Part shown: piece by piece, positions 46,910 to 56,712 of the stretch
How positions within the stretch are numbered: position 1 is the stretch's first letter
How the letters are laid out: every line of letters begins with the position of its first letter
From: Cenarchaeum sp.
GTDB lineage: Archaea; Thermoproteota; Nitrososphaeria; Nitrososphaerales; Nitrosopumilaceae
Assembly (NCBI GenBank): GCA_965242695.1
Contig: CBDESU010000002.1
Span: 992,001-1,056,000, forward strand
DNA: 64,000 nucleotides
Direction: 5' to 3'
Program-made: the position numbers and the translations under genes
The notes under the pieces: model-generated
Told to the model about the DNA's origin: nothing
The model's input: the letters and a program-made list of their open reading frames with translations, nothing else
Databases searched by the model: none

Positions 46910-48331
46910 GTGACAGTCGACGCCGTCGTAACCGGCTCGCACGTGGTCCTGCCCGGCGGCATGGTGGACAGGAACATCGTAGTCGACGACGGGCGGATCG
47001 CGGGGCTGACGACGGACGAGCCGGCCTGCGACCGCCGCATCCGGGCAGACGGACTGGTGTCGATCCCCGGCGTAATCGACCCTCACGTGCACTACGGGGT
47101 GTACACTCCGATCGAGAGGGCCGCAAGGACCGAGTCGCATGCGGCCGCCGTCGGCGGCGTCACCACAATGATGCGCATGCTGCGGCTCGGCGGATCGTAC
47201 CGCAAGGGCCTCGATGCGCACCTCGAGGCCAGCTCGCGCGCGCACTACATCGACTATACGCTGCACGCGTCGATATTCGACGCCGGGCAGGCCTCGGAGA
47301 TGGAGTTTTGCGCATCCCGGGGCGCCGCCTCGTTCAAGCTCTACATGAACCTGGGCGGCGAGATCGGTCACGTCTACATGGACATGCCGCCGGACTCGTC
47401 CGAGCTTGCCGAGGCGCGCGTCGAGGTCGGCGCCGAGACGGTCCGCGCCGTTGTCCAGACGGCCGCCAGGCTGGGGCTCCCCGTACTGGTGCACGCCGAG
47501 GACTACGAGTCGTGCTCGTGCGGCATGCGCGAGGCGCGGGAAAAAAGGCTCGACGGCCTCGGAGCATGGTCGGAGAGCCGCTCGCCAGAGTACGAGGCAA
47601 AGTCCATCGCCGAGGTGTCGGCGCTGGCGCGGCAGTACGGATGCACGCTGTACCTTGTTCACGTCGGCTCGGCGAGGGCCCTCGAGCAGGCGCGGGCCGA
47701 GCGCAGGGCCGGCACACGCATACGCATCGAGACGTGCCCTCACTACCTGGTCCTGTCCCACGAGGGCTGCGGCGGGTACCGCGCAAAGGTCATGCCCCCG
47801 ATCCGGACGAGGCGCGACAACGAGGCCGTGTGGGCCGCCCTGGCGGCCGGCGAGATCGACACCGTCGGGACCGACCACGTGGCCAACCGGCTGGACCACA
47901 AGCTCGCCGGCGACGACGTCTGGGGCGCGCTGGCCGGGTTCCCGGGGATAGGGACGCTCCTGCCCATCCTGCTGAGCGAGGGCGTCGGCAGGGGGCGCGT
48001 GTCGTTCGAGCGCCTCGCATCGCTCACGAGCGGCGCCGCGGCTGGCATATTCTCGATGGGGCCCGCCAAGGGGTCGCTTGCGGAGGGGTCGGACGCGGAC
48101 ATTACGGTCGTCGATCCGCGCCTGGAGAGGGAGGTCTCGGCCGAGATGTTCGGCGGGCACTCGGACTATACGGTGTACGAGGGCCTCCGGCTCAGGGGCT
48201 GGCCGGTCAAGACGATGGTCAGGGGCGAGATGGTCGCCGAGGACTTTGAGGTCGTCGGGCGCGCGGGGCACGGCAGGCTCGTGCCTAGGCCGGCGCGCGG
48301 CGCCGGGCGGGGGCAACCGACCAATTTATAA
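46910..48331 (+). CDS. Cyclic amidohydrolase (dihydroorotase/allantoinase/hydantoinase family)
   Basis: PGVIDPHVH, GGVTT, FKLYM, VHAED, ETCPHYL, PPIR, GTDH and GSDAD motifs. Confidence 0.9.
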   Translation: MTVDAVVTGSHVVLPGGMVDRNIVVDDGRIAGLTTDEPACDRRIRADGLVSIPGVIDPHVHYGVYTPIERAARTESHAAAVGGVTTMMRMLRLGGSYRKGLDAHLEASSRAHYIDYTLHASIFDAGQASEMEFCASRGAASFKLYMNLGGEIGHVYMDMPPDSSELAEARVEVGAETVRAVVQTAARLGLPVLVHAEDYESCSCGMREAREKRLDGLGAWSESRSPEYEAKSIAEVSALARQYGCTLYLVHVGSARALEQARAERRAGTRIRIETCPHYLVLSHEGCGGYRAKVMPPIRTRRDNEAVWAALAAGEIDTVGTDHVANRLDHKLAGDDVWGALAGFPGIGTLLPILLSEGVGRGRVSFERLASLTSGAAAGIFSMGPAKGSLAEGSDADITVVDPRLEREVSAEMFGGHSDYTVYEGLRLRGWPVKTMVRGEMVAEDFEVVGRAGHGRLVPRPARGAGRGQPTNL

Positions 48332-48354
48332 TTCTATGGAATAGCCGCCCGGCA

Positions 48355-49482
48355 ATGGCAACTATTGACAAGGTTGCAGTGGCATGGACCATTGCAATCG
48401 TGGCCGCTGGGGTGGGACTTGCTGCGATGGGCGACAGCCTGCAGAGCAGCAGTCCGGCGCCGACGGCTACGGTTCCTGCCCCCGCACCCGCACCTGCCCC
48501 CGCACCCGCACCTGCTCCGACAGAGGACGCGCCGTCTGTGCGCGACGACATGATGACGGTCCCGTCAGGGGACGACGACATGATGGCGATGACCGAGGAC
48601 GAAGAGGACGACGACATGATGGCGATGACCGAGGACGAAGAGGACGACGACATGATGGCGATGACCGAGGACGAAGAGGACGACGACATGATGGCGATGA
48701 CCGAGGACGAAGAGGACGACGACATGATGGCGATGACCGAGGACGAAGAGGACGACGACATGATGGCCGCCGCCTCCGAGGAAGAGGACGACGACGACAT
48801 GATGGCGATGACCGAGGACGAAGAGGACGACGACATGATGGCCGCCGCCTCCGAGGAAGAGGACGACGACATGATGGCCGCCGCCTCCGAGGAAGAGGAC
48901 GACGACATGATGGCGATGACCGAGGACGACGACGACATGATGGCCGCCGCCTCCGAGGAAGAGGACGACGACATGATGGCGATGACCGAGGACGACGACG
49001 ACATGATGGCCGCCGCCTCCGAGGAAGAGGACGACGACATGATGGCCGCCGCCTCCGAGGAAGAGGACGACGACATGATGGCCGCCGCCTCCGAGGAAGA
49101 GGACGACGACATGATGGCCGCCGCCTCCGAGGAAGAGGACGACGACATGATGGCGATGACCGATGACGACGAAGGCGGATCGCAGACATACGAGGTCTCC
49201 ATGCCAGCCGGGACGTCCGTCCTAGGCTGCGAAAAGACCGACGAATGCTACATACCGTCCGAGATAACGGTCGAACTTGGCGACACGGTCACGTGGGTCA
49301 ACGACGACACTGCTGCCCACACGGTAACAAGCGGAACAATCGACGGCGGGCCAGACGGCAGGTTCGACAGCAGCCTGATGCTGCCGGATCAAACCTTCTC
49401 GTTCACCTTTGAGGCCGCAGGGGACTACGACTACTACTGCATCGTCCACCCGTGGATGATCGGCAAGGTAGTCGCACCGTAA
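48355..49482 (+). CDS. Membrane-anchored blue (type 1) copper protein with long Met/Asp/Glu repeat linker
   Basis: N-terminal TM helix; C-terminal cupredoxin domain with HTVTSG and YYCIVHPWM ligands. Confidence 0.92.
   Translation: MATIDKVAVAWTIAIVAAGVGLAAMGDSLQSSSPAPTATVPAPAPAPAPAPAPAPTEDAPSVRDDMMTVPSGDDDMMAMTEDEEDDDMMAMTEDEEDDDMMAMTEDEEDDDMMAMTEDEEDDDMMAMTEDEEDDDMMAAASEEEDDDDMMAMTEDEEDDDMMAAASEEEDDDMMAAASEEEDDDMMAMTEDDDDMMAAASEEEDDDMMAMTEDDDDMMAAASEEEDDDMMAAASEEEDDDMMAAASEEEDDDMMAAASEEEDDDMMAMTDDDEGGSQTYEVSMPAGTSVLGCEKTDECYIPSEITVELGDTVTWVNDDTAAHTVTSGTIDGGPDGRFDSSLMLPDQTFSFTFEAAGDYDYYCIVHPWMIGKVVAP
48571..49170 (+). repeat. Coding minisatellite: 17 units of two about-36-bp types (DDDMMAMTEDEE / DDDMMAAASEEE)
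   Basis: Direct repeats counted from the translation. Confidence 0.95.
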
Positions 49483-49525
49483 CCCTGCATCTTCTTTTTT
49501 CACACACGGCGCGCGCCGGCCGCGG

Positions 49526-50041
49526 TCACGCCCCCTGCCGCGCCCCGCCGCACCCGCCCGATGCGTAGAACTCGGCCGCTGCCGCTCTGATCTCGCCGTC
49601 CGTCATGTCCCTCTTGCGGGTCAGGATGGACCATGCGTGGCCGAACGGGTCGAGCACCACCCCGTGCCGGTCGCCCCAGAACGCGTCGCTCATGGGCACG
49701 ACCGGCGCGGCCCCCGCCGCCAGCGCCCTGGCGAACAGGGCGTCGGCGTCGCCGACGTACAGGTACAGCGACGACGAGACGGCGCCCGTCGAGGCAGGCG
49801 AGCGCATGTTCATCTCCTCAAACTCGTCCGAGAGAAACACGAACGAGTCGCCTATCCTGATCTGCGCGTGGGCGACCCTCCCGCCGGGGGCCTCGAACAC
49901 GTTGATCCGCTCTGCCCCGAACGCCCTCTCGTAGAACCTGACGGCCTCCCTCGCATCGGCTACGACGAGGGCGGGGGTGGCCGTGTGGAACCCCTCGGGG
50001 ACGGCCCCTGGGCTTCCGCTGCCGCCTGGCTCCTCCGCCAT
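49526..50041 (-). CDS. VOC/PhnB glyoxalase-family protein
   Basis: FY.RAFGA, HAQIRIGDS and FWGDRHG...DPFGH.W motifs. Confidence 0.9.
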   Translation of the reverse strand: MAEEPGGSGSPGAVPEGFHTATPALVVADAREAVRFYERAFGAERINVFEAPGGRVAHAQIRIGDSFVFLSDEFEEMNMRSPASTGAVSSSLYLYVGDADALFARALAAGAAPVVPMSDAFWGDRHGVVLDPFGHAWSILTRKRDMTDGEIRAAAAEFYASGGCGGARQGA

Positions 50042-50320
50042 CAACGCCCTGGACCGGCCGGCAAATATCAACCGTCATGCGCTGCCGCCTCGGGCCGCCT
50101 CGGGCCGCCTCGGGCCGCCCTGCCGCCATGCGCGCCCGCCCTGCCGCCATGCGCGCCCGCGAGAGCGCCGATCGGGGGCAGCGCGCCGCCCGCGCCGCCG
50201 CCCTTTGTCCGGTCAGCGGCCTGAAGGACTGCGTATGTACGAGGGGTGCTGGCTAGGACGGGTTGCGGACGCAATAATCCCGAACAATAGTGTTATATAC
50301 AGTGGCCGGGCCGCCCGGCC

Positions 50321-50683
50321 ATGGTTGCAATCTCGACTTTGGCGTTCGGCATCGGCGCCCTGGCCGTCCTTGGCGTGGTCGCGTACGACGGCGACCCGGC
50401 GCCGTCCGCTGCGCCCGCAGGCGGAGCCGCCGCCCCCGACTGCTCGGACGCCGACGGCATGGCCTGCGAGGTCGCCGGCGCCGTCCGCGTCGCCGAGCGG
50501 CTCGCGGCAGGCACGCTGCACGCCGCAGCAGACGGCGCAGTAGTGGCGGCCGGCCTGGCCGACGAGGCCGTCGACGCGGCCGCCGATATCGGCAGGAGCG
50601 CCGTAGAGGACGTGCGCGAGTCCCAGACCGGCCTGCACTCGCCGATCGGCCAGTTCTCGCGCCTGCACGTGCCGGGCCCCTAG
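50321..50683 (+). CDS. Secreted hypothetical protein
   Basis: Signal peptide; TTATATA at 50293. Confidence 0.6.
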   Translation: MVAISTLAFGIGALAVLGVVAYDGDPAPSAAPAGGAAAPDCSDADGMACEVAGAVRVAERLAAGTLHAAADGAVVAAGLADEAVDAAADIGRSAVEDVRESQTGLHSPIGQFSRLHVPGP

Positions 50684-50752
50684 GCGGCCCGCCGGGCCGG
50701 CGCTGCCGGCATGTTTTTGTCCGCGTCTCGACGCGGCCGCCGCCTGCCGCCG

Positions 50753-51724
50753 TCAGGCAAACGCGCTGATCAGCCGCCGCGCGAGGCGGTAGTCGAGCCG
50801 CCGCCTGTACGCGCCGTCCCTGCGAAGCCCCTTGAACGGCGTGAGGAAGACGTCGTGGGTCTTACTGCGGAACTCGTCGAGCCCGCCGTTGAGACGCTCG
50901 ATCGTGCCGTCGTCCACGCCGATCCCGCTTATCCTCGTGACCGAGCGCGACGAGTAGAGTATCTCGTGCGGCAGCTCGGCGCCTCGGCAAAAGCGGATCG
51001 ACGGGCCGCGCGTGTTGTCGACGCCGAGCAGGCCTAGATCGCCGCGCGGGTCGTTGAAGCGCAGGCGGGATCCAACCGGCCCGCTCGGCGGCGGCAGCTC
51101 CTTTTCCAGCTCGCCGAGCTCCCCGATGCGCGTGTCGTCGTGCCAGACGTCCGTGCGCTCCTCCTTGCCTGCGTGGAACATCGCCAGGCACGTCGGGTTT
51201 TCCGTGCCGTCGAAGGCGAGCCGGTGCAGGAACGCGATTGAGCGGAGGCGTCTGCGAAACAGGCCGCTGTGCAGGAACGATGCGGGAATCAAAAACGCCA
51301 CGTTCTCGCAGTGGTCGAGCGCCAGATCGAGGCAGTGCTTGTACAGGTCGTCGTACGGGGTGTCAGGGTATTCCAGGCGCCGGCGGGCTGCCGAGCTGCG
51401 GCCGAGCCAGGGCGGGTTGCTGATGCAGTTGCGGTGGCCAGGAGGGAACGACCCGATCGTGTCGCGGCGCTCGACGCCCGCGATCCCGGGCCGTATGTCG
51501 TACGATGTGGCCCTGACGCGCCCCCAGCCGGCGTCCCTCAGCATCCCTACGATGTGGTTGGCGCCGGCAAACGGCTCTAGCACCTCGGAGCGGCCGGCCC
51601 GATCAGCCCACTCGGTGAACGGGGGCAGCCTGAACGGGTTGTAGTTGGTCGTGTAGTACTGCCCCAGGCGGCGGCGCGCCTGCTGCCCTGGCTCGGCCGC
51701 CTCTTCGAGCATAGCCTGGCGCAT
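50753..51724 (-). CDS. Putative orphan amino-(N6-adenine) DNA methyltransferase
   Basis: GQYYT, LEPFAGANHI, YDI.P, ISNPPW, DDLYK and FLIPASF (gamma-type motif order). Confidence 0.75.
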   Translation of the reverse strand: MRQAMLEEAAEPGQQARRRLGQYYTTNYNPFRLPPFTEWADRAGRSEVLEPFAGANHIVGMLRDAGWGRVRATSYDIRPGIAGVERRDTIGSFPPGHRNCISNPPWLGRSSAARRRLEYPDTPYDDLYKHCLDLALDHCENVAFLIPASFLHSGLFRRRLRSIAFLHRLAFDGTENPTCLAMFHAGKEERTDVWHDDTRIGELGELEKELPPPSGPVGSRLRFNDPRGDLGLLGVDNTRGPSIRFCRGAELPHEILYSSRSVTRISGIGVDDGTIERLNGGLDEFRSKTHDVFLTPFKGLRRDGAYRRRLDYRLARRLISAFA

Positions 51725-52171
51725 GCCGGGCGGCCGGCCGGGACAATATCGTATAAACCGTCGGGCGGGGGCTGGGGATCTGGGCTGGAGGGCCCGCGTC
51801 CGGGCAGCGCCGGCGCGCCCCGGGGCGGCAGCGCGCACCTGCCTGGCGTGGGGGCGTTCGGGGCCGGCGCGCCACGGGGCGCCCCTGCAGGCGGTGGCTT
51901 CGGCCAGAGGCTCGGACTGGGGCGCACCTTGGCATCGCAGGCCTTATAGCGTGGCGGCCCGCAGGCCGCGCGTGCCGGCATGCATTGCGCGCGGGATGGC
52001 GAGGCGGGGCTCCATGGGCCCGCCGGCGGACTGCGGGCCTGAACTTGGACTGCCTGCCGCCGACGGGCATGCGGGCGCCCCGGGGCGGACCGCGGAAGAG
52101 TTTGGCCGCATCGACGTGCGCCTCCGTCTGGATGAACCGGCGCCGCTTGCAGATCGCGGGGGCCGTTGGCA

Positions 52172-53308
52172 ATGAACGATGCATTCGTGGCCCGAGCCTC
52201 CGACATGATCGATTCGAAGGACATCGACCATTTTTCCACGCATGGACTGGGCGAGATGCTGGCCGAAATGGGCGAGGCGCATGACATGGGCACCGTGCGA
52301 GCCCTGACCGAGCGCCTGATCGAGGACGAGGCGTACGGGCAGGTCGATGCGATCGCCGCGGGCCTGCGCGACATGGCATCCCACAGCGGCGGGCCTGCGC
52401 AAGTGGTCGATGTCGCAGCGAAGATGGCGCGCTGCGGCATGTCAGAGGGCCCCGCCCAAAGGGCGCTAATCCACACGGGGAGGGCGAACCCGGACGAGGC
52501 CGTCCTCGTGGCAGAACGCCTCGCAGGGATAGGCGATGCAGAGCATGCGGCATTCCTGATCGGGGGGGCCTATGCGGGGGCAACGGCTAGGTGCGAGGGC
52601 CTGATAGGGTCGCTCGCGTCGTCTGATCGCCCTGCCAACGTAGCCGCGGCGCTGCTGTCGGTTCGCTGCGCATACACCGAGCACGGCGCGCCGGATGCCG
52701 GCCGCATTGCGGACATGGTAGCCGATGCGCTGCGCACCTACGGCGACGACGTCGTCTGCGAGGCAATGGATACGCTGCTCGACATATGCGGCGCGGACAG
52801 GGAGAGGATCGGCCCCATGATACGGGACCTGGCCGAGCGCTGCCACGCCTGCAGGCCGATACTGGCGACGGGCATTTCGCTGGATTTTCCGCTCAGCGAC
52901 GACGAGTGCCTTGACTGCCTGGACATATGCATCGACGACAGGACGATCTCGGACCAGGGCGTCGTGTACAGCGCGTACAGGGTGCTCAGAAGGCTGGCGG
53001 GATCCCGCCCCGACAGGGCGACGCGCATGCTCGTCTATCTTGCCGAGCGGGGCGCGTACCTCGACGCCCATGCGGGGGCTGTCATTGCAGAGCTGGGCAG
53101 GAAGAGCCCAGAGGCGGCCGCGGCCGCCATTCTGTCGCTGTTGAGGTGGGCGCCCAAGTGGGACATGGTCCAATCCCTTCCGTTTATGGTGCAGCAGGCG
53201 GGCAAATTCGCCGATTCTGCGGCCGCATCGGAGGCCATCGCGGCCGCGGTCAGGTCGGATCCGGAATTGTCAAGGCACTACCTGCCTCTGCTGGCCGCCC
53301 CCCAGTGA
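52172..53308 (+). CDS. Hypothetical all-helical (HEAT/ARM-like) protein
   Basis: Long ORF with coding-like composition and amphipathic helices. Confidence 0.65.
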   Translation: MNDAFVARASDMIDSKDIDHFSTHGLGEMLAEMGEAHDMGTVRALTERLIEDEAYGQVDAIAAGLRDMASHSGGPAQVVDVAAKMARCGMSEGPAQRALIHTGRANPDEAVLVAERLAGIGDAEHAAFLIGGAYAGATARCEGLIGSLASSDRPANVAAALLSVRCAYTEHGAPDAGRIADMVADALRTYGDDVVCEAMDTLLDICGADRERIGPMIRDLAERCHACRPILATGISLDFPLSDDECLDCLDICIDDRTISDQGVVYSAYRVLRRLAGSRPDRATRMLVYLAERGAYLDAHAGAVIAELGRKSPEAAAAAILSLLRWAPKWDMVQSLPFMVQQAGKFADSAAASEAIAAAVRSDPELSRHYLPLLAAPQ

Positions 53309-53513
53309 GGTATGTCCGCGGCCGCGCATTTGCGCCAAACCGCTCGCACACTCCGCCCCTCTCCCAAGGCTTCGCCGGTCTGCTGATCGCGCGCTGGGCC
53401 GTCCGACGGAGGAGCCGCGTTGCCGCCGCGCCAGGCTTGCCCCGCGGCGCGTACCAACATCGCACCCGCGTCATTCTGCGCTTGCGCTGCAGCACGCCGT
53501 CCGGTACCGCATC

Positions 53514-54197
53514 CTAGATCACGTCGAACCTGCCGCCGGCCCTCGCCCTGTATATGACGTCGGGCTTGCGGGCGAATATGCCGACCTCGGCGACGCCGGC
53601 CACGCCGGCGAGCCTGCGCCTGAGCGGCGCCGGCCTCTGGATGGGGCCGAACGCGCAGTCCAGCACGACGTTGCCGTTTTCGGTGACGAACGGGTACCCC
53701 CTGTCGAGCAGGCGCAGGCTCGGCCTGCCGCCCATCTTCCGCACGGCGTCGGCCGCGTACGACCTGGCCAGCGGGTGGACCTCGACGGGGATGTCCCTGT
53801 CGAGCACGGGGGCGAACTTTGTCTCGTCGGCCATGACGACAAACTTTTTGGCCGCACTCGCGACTATGTTCTCCCTGAGCAGGGCGCCCCCGCCCCCCTT
53901 TACGACGGTCCTGCCGGCGTCGATCTGGTCGGCCCCGTCGAACACGACGTCTATTCCGCCGGCCCCTATGCGGTCGGCCTCGGCGAGCGGTATGCGGCCT
54001 GCCTCGGCTACGAGCTTGATCTGGAGCGACGTCGGGACGCCGGTCACGCTGATGCCGCCCTCGCCGGCGCGGGCGGCAAGGGCCCTGGCCAGTGCGGTGG
54101 CAGCCCTGCCGCTGCCCAGGCCGACCACCTGCCCGTCCCTGACCATGCCCAGCGCATGCTCGGACATCGCCCTGATGGCGGCGTCGAACCTTGTCAT
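53514..54197 (-). CDS. rpiA: Ribose-5-phosphate isomerase A
   Basis: GLGSG, DGADQ, KGGGGALLRE, PVEV and TENGN motifs. Confidence 0.96.
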   Translation of the reverse strand: MTRFDAAIRAMSEHALGMVRDGQVVGLGSGRAATALARALAARAGEGGISVTGVPTSLQIKLVAEAGRIPLAEADRIGAGGIDVVFDGADQIDAGRTVVKGGGGALLRENIVASAAKKFVVMADETKFAPVLDRDIPVEVHPLARSYAADAVRKMGGRPSLRLLDRGYPFVTENGNVVLDCAFGPIQRPAPLRRRLAGVAGVAEVGIFARKPDVIYRARAGGRFDVI

Positions 54198-55471
54198 TCC
54201 ACCTCTGCCTGCTCGAGCTTTGAAAGAGTGCTCCTAATGTCGGCCACTATGGCCGCCAGGTCGTCGTCGGCCGGATCGTCGGCCGCCAGGTCCTGCTCCT
54301 CGGCATCCGGGACGCTGAACGGCCTCGGCTTGGGCAGCCGTTCGGGCAGGGACGAGGATGCCGCATGCTGCGGCCCTGCTCCCGCCGCCACTGGTGCTGC
54401 CGCCGCCGCGGTGGCGGCTGCCGGCGCAGCTGCAGCTGCTGCCGCCCCGGCCCCAGCACCGGGCTTTGTTGCCTGGTTTGGCTGCTGCGCCGCCCCGGCC
54501 TGCGGCTGGGGCGATGGCCGCGTGGGCTGGGGCGAAGGCGGGGACTGGGACGGGGGCGAAGGCGAAGGCGGGGACTGGGACGGGGGCGAAGGCGAAGGCG
54601 AAGGCGGGGACTGGGCGCGCGCCGGCCCGGCTCCGGCCGGCCGCCCGACCTCTGGGAACTTTCGCCCGCTGGCGCCGCCGCCGATGGTCGTAAGGGTGGT
54701 GATCTCTACGGGCTTTACGCCCTGGCGCATCCCGGGCGATGCGGGCTTCGTATGCGGGCCTTTCGCCTCCGGCTGCCGCTGCTGCTGTTGCGCCTGCTGC
54801 AGGGTTGCCGGCTGTTCCTGCCGTGGCATGTCGAGCGTCGACTGCTGCGCGGCAGCCGCTGCGCCCTCCTGCCGCGGCGCACCGATGGCTTCCGCCGCCC
54901 CGCCTGCCGTTCCCGCATCCGCGCCGGGACTGGCGGCAACCGCCTTTTCCTGCATGCCCGCCTTTTTGCCGGGCCTGCGCGCCCGGGACCCCTGCGCCGC
55001 CTCTTCCGCCTCGGCCCCGGCGGCGGCCGCAGCGGGAACCGCCGCCGCGATCCTGGCGGACAGCTCGTGCAGCCTCTCGTCTAGCGACGAGAGCTTTTGG
55101 TCCATCAGCTCGGCCAGGCCGTCGCCTACGGGCCCGAGGTCGGGGTACCTGCTCGCCTCTTCGAGCCTGTCGATCTTTGCCAAGACGGCGGCGAGCTGGC
55201 GCTGGTACATTGCGAGCAGCGCGTCCTTCTGCCTCTCGTTCAACCCGGCATCCTCGTGCACCCTGGATATGGCCTTTCCGAGTATGTCCCGCTCGGCGGC
55301 AAGCGCGCCTATCCTGGAGCGTATGCGCCCTGCCGCGTCGGCGCCCCCCTGCCCCCCTGTCAGCCGGCCGCGCCCGCCGCGGCGCAGGGCGCCCCTGCCG
55401 GGCAGCCTCCTGTACGCCACGGCCGAGGCGGCGCCGGCAACGCCGGTCAGGAGCAGGACTATCTCTTGCAT
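54194..55471 (-). CDS. Membrane-anchored coiled-coil protein with long Pro/Ala low-complexity region
   Basis: N-terminal TM helix, E.DIL.KAI.R coiled coil, C-terminal LSKLEQAEVE; TAATG overlap with rpl37e stop. Confidence 0.75.
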   Translation of the reverse strand: MQEIVLLLTGVAGAASAVAYRRLPGRGALRRGGRGRLTGGQGGADAAGRIRSRIGALAAERDILGKAISRVHEDAGLNERQKDALLAMYQRQLAAVLAKIDRLEEASRYPDLGPVGDGLAELMDQKLSSLDERLHELSARIAAAVPAAAAAGAEAEEAAQGSRARRPGKKAGMQEKAVAASPGADAGTAGGAAEAIGAPRQEGAAAAAQQSTLDMPRQEQPATLQQAQQQQRQPEAKGPHTKPASPGMRQGVKPVEITTLTTIGGGASGRKFPEVGRPAGAGPARAQSPPSPSPSPPSQSPPSPSPPSQSPPSPQPTRPSPQPQAGAAQQPNQATKPGAGAGAAAAAAAPAAATAAAAAPVAAGAGPQHAASSSLPERLPKPRPFSVPDAEEQDLAADDPADDDLAAIVADIRSTLSKLEQAEVE

Positions 55472-55638
55472 TAGGCGTACCACTTGACCCAAGAGTACTT
55501 TCTAATCTTGGCGTCGGGGAACCCGCAGCTCGCGCACCTGTGGTGGCGCTTGTGGTACGAGTTGCGGCCGCACCTGCGGCACCGTATGTGGACGTGCTTC
55601 CTCGTGAAGCCGCCCATCGAGGTCGTGCCCTTTACCAC
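55471..55638 (-). CDS. rpl37e: 50S ribosomal protein L37e (absent from the supplied ORF track)
   Basis: Translates as [55 protein letters not shown]. Confidence 0.96.
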   Translation of the reverse strand: MVKGTTSMGGFTRKHVHIRCRRCGRNSYHKRHHRCASCGFPDAKIRKYSWVKWYA

Positions 55639-55661
55639 GGCGCATCACACCCGTCCGGTCC

Positions 55662-55889
55662 CTAGCTGGGAGGCGGCGAGATCATGACGACGTTGTCGCC
55701 CCTCACCACGATGGTGCCGAGCTCCTTTTCCTCCTCGCCGGCCCTCTCGACCGACTCGTCGAGCAGCAGGTTCATGTGCTGGTCGAACCCGCGGAGGCTG
55801 CCGCGTATGGTCTTGTTGCCCTTTAGCTTGATCAGGACGACCTTTTTGATGCTCTCGTCTAGCACCTTTACGGCCATGTCTGCGGACAT
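55662..55889 (-). CDS. Sm/LSm-like RNA-binding protein
   Basis: G.LRGFDQHMNLLL and VRGDNV motifs; upstream of rpl37e as is usual in archaea. Confidence 0.95.
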   Translation of the reverse strand: MSADMAVKVLDESIKKVVLIKLKGNKTIRGSLRGFDQHMNLLLDESVERAGEEEKELGTIVVRGDNVVMISPPPS

Positions 55890-56711
55890 CTACTGCACCC
55901 GCCGGCGCGCCGATCCGCCGCTATATAAGATTTCATGGGGGCCGCCTGGCGCGCGCGGCCCCCTCATGGCCGAGCGGCACCTGCCCGCCGCCCTTGCCGC
56001 GATGCCGGCCAGCAGGCGGCGCCCGCGCGCGGCGCTTGCCCCCCTCGGGTCGCCCCACACGCCGCTCGGAGCCACCGACGGGAACGATGCCGAGGCCCTC
56101 CTGGCGACGGCGGCCCGATCGGCGCCCGACATGCCTGGCTCCTCGACGTACCCCCTGGCGGCCCTGCCCATCCTGGCGCTGCGGCCGCCCGACACGGCGA
56201 GCATGAGCGACGTCTCGGCCATGCCCGCGTGGTCGAACGGGCCGTCCATAAAGTGCCAGTAGGACAGGGCCAGCACGCGCGCGCCCCTGCCCTCGGGCCT
56301 GCCGAGCCTGCCGCGGCCGGGCCCCCTGTCCCGGCGGCACGCCTCCCTGAGGGCCTCTAGGTTGCCGTGGTGCCCGTTGACTACGAACAGGGCCTTGATG
56401 CCGCCGGCCCCGAGCGAGTCGGCCAGGTCGCCTAGCGCGGCCGCCAGCGTGCCGCGCTTCAGGCTCGCGTTGAACATCGGGGCGTGCTCGAACGAGACGC
56501 CGTACGGGACGGGGGGCAGCAGGAGGTACCCGTTGGCCCTGCCCACGCGCCTTGCCACCTCTGCCGATATTGCCGTATCCGTGGACATTGCCAGGTGGTC
56601 CCCGTGCTGCTCGAGCGAGCCGACCGCGAGTATGGCCGCCGCGCTCTTTGATCCGCTTATCCACCTGCGCACGTCGGGGTCGTACCCCGCCGCGGCGTCT
56701 GGCGGCGGCAT
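55890..56711 (-). CDS. Creatininase-family amidohydrolase (candidate ArfB deformylase)
   Basis: GSLEQHGDHL..TD, GVSFEH, NGHHGN, DHAG..ETS and SGVWGDP motifs. Confidence 0.88.
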   Translation of the reverse strand: MPPPDAAAGYDPDVRRWISGSKSAAAILAVGSLEQHGDHLAMSTDTAISAEVARRVGRANGYLLLPPVPYGVSFEHAPMFNASLKRGTLAAALGDLADSLGAGGIKALFVVNGHHGNLEALREACRRDRGPGRGRLGRPEGRGARVLALSYWHFMDGPFDHAGMAETSLMLAVSGGRSARMGRAARGYVEEPGMSGADRAAVARRASASFPSVAPSGVWGDPRGASAARGRRLLAGIAARAAGRCRSAMRGPRAPGGPHEILYSGGSARRRVQ

Positions 56712-56712
56712 G

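Noticed and set aside
48571-49170. 36-bp repeat array as a CRISPR array
   Set aside because: The units are contiguous with no unique spacers, stay in frame inside a cupredoxin gene, and no cas genes are present
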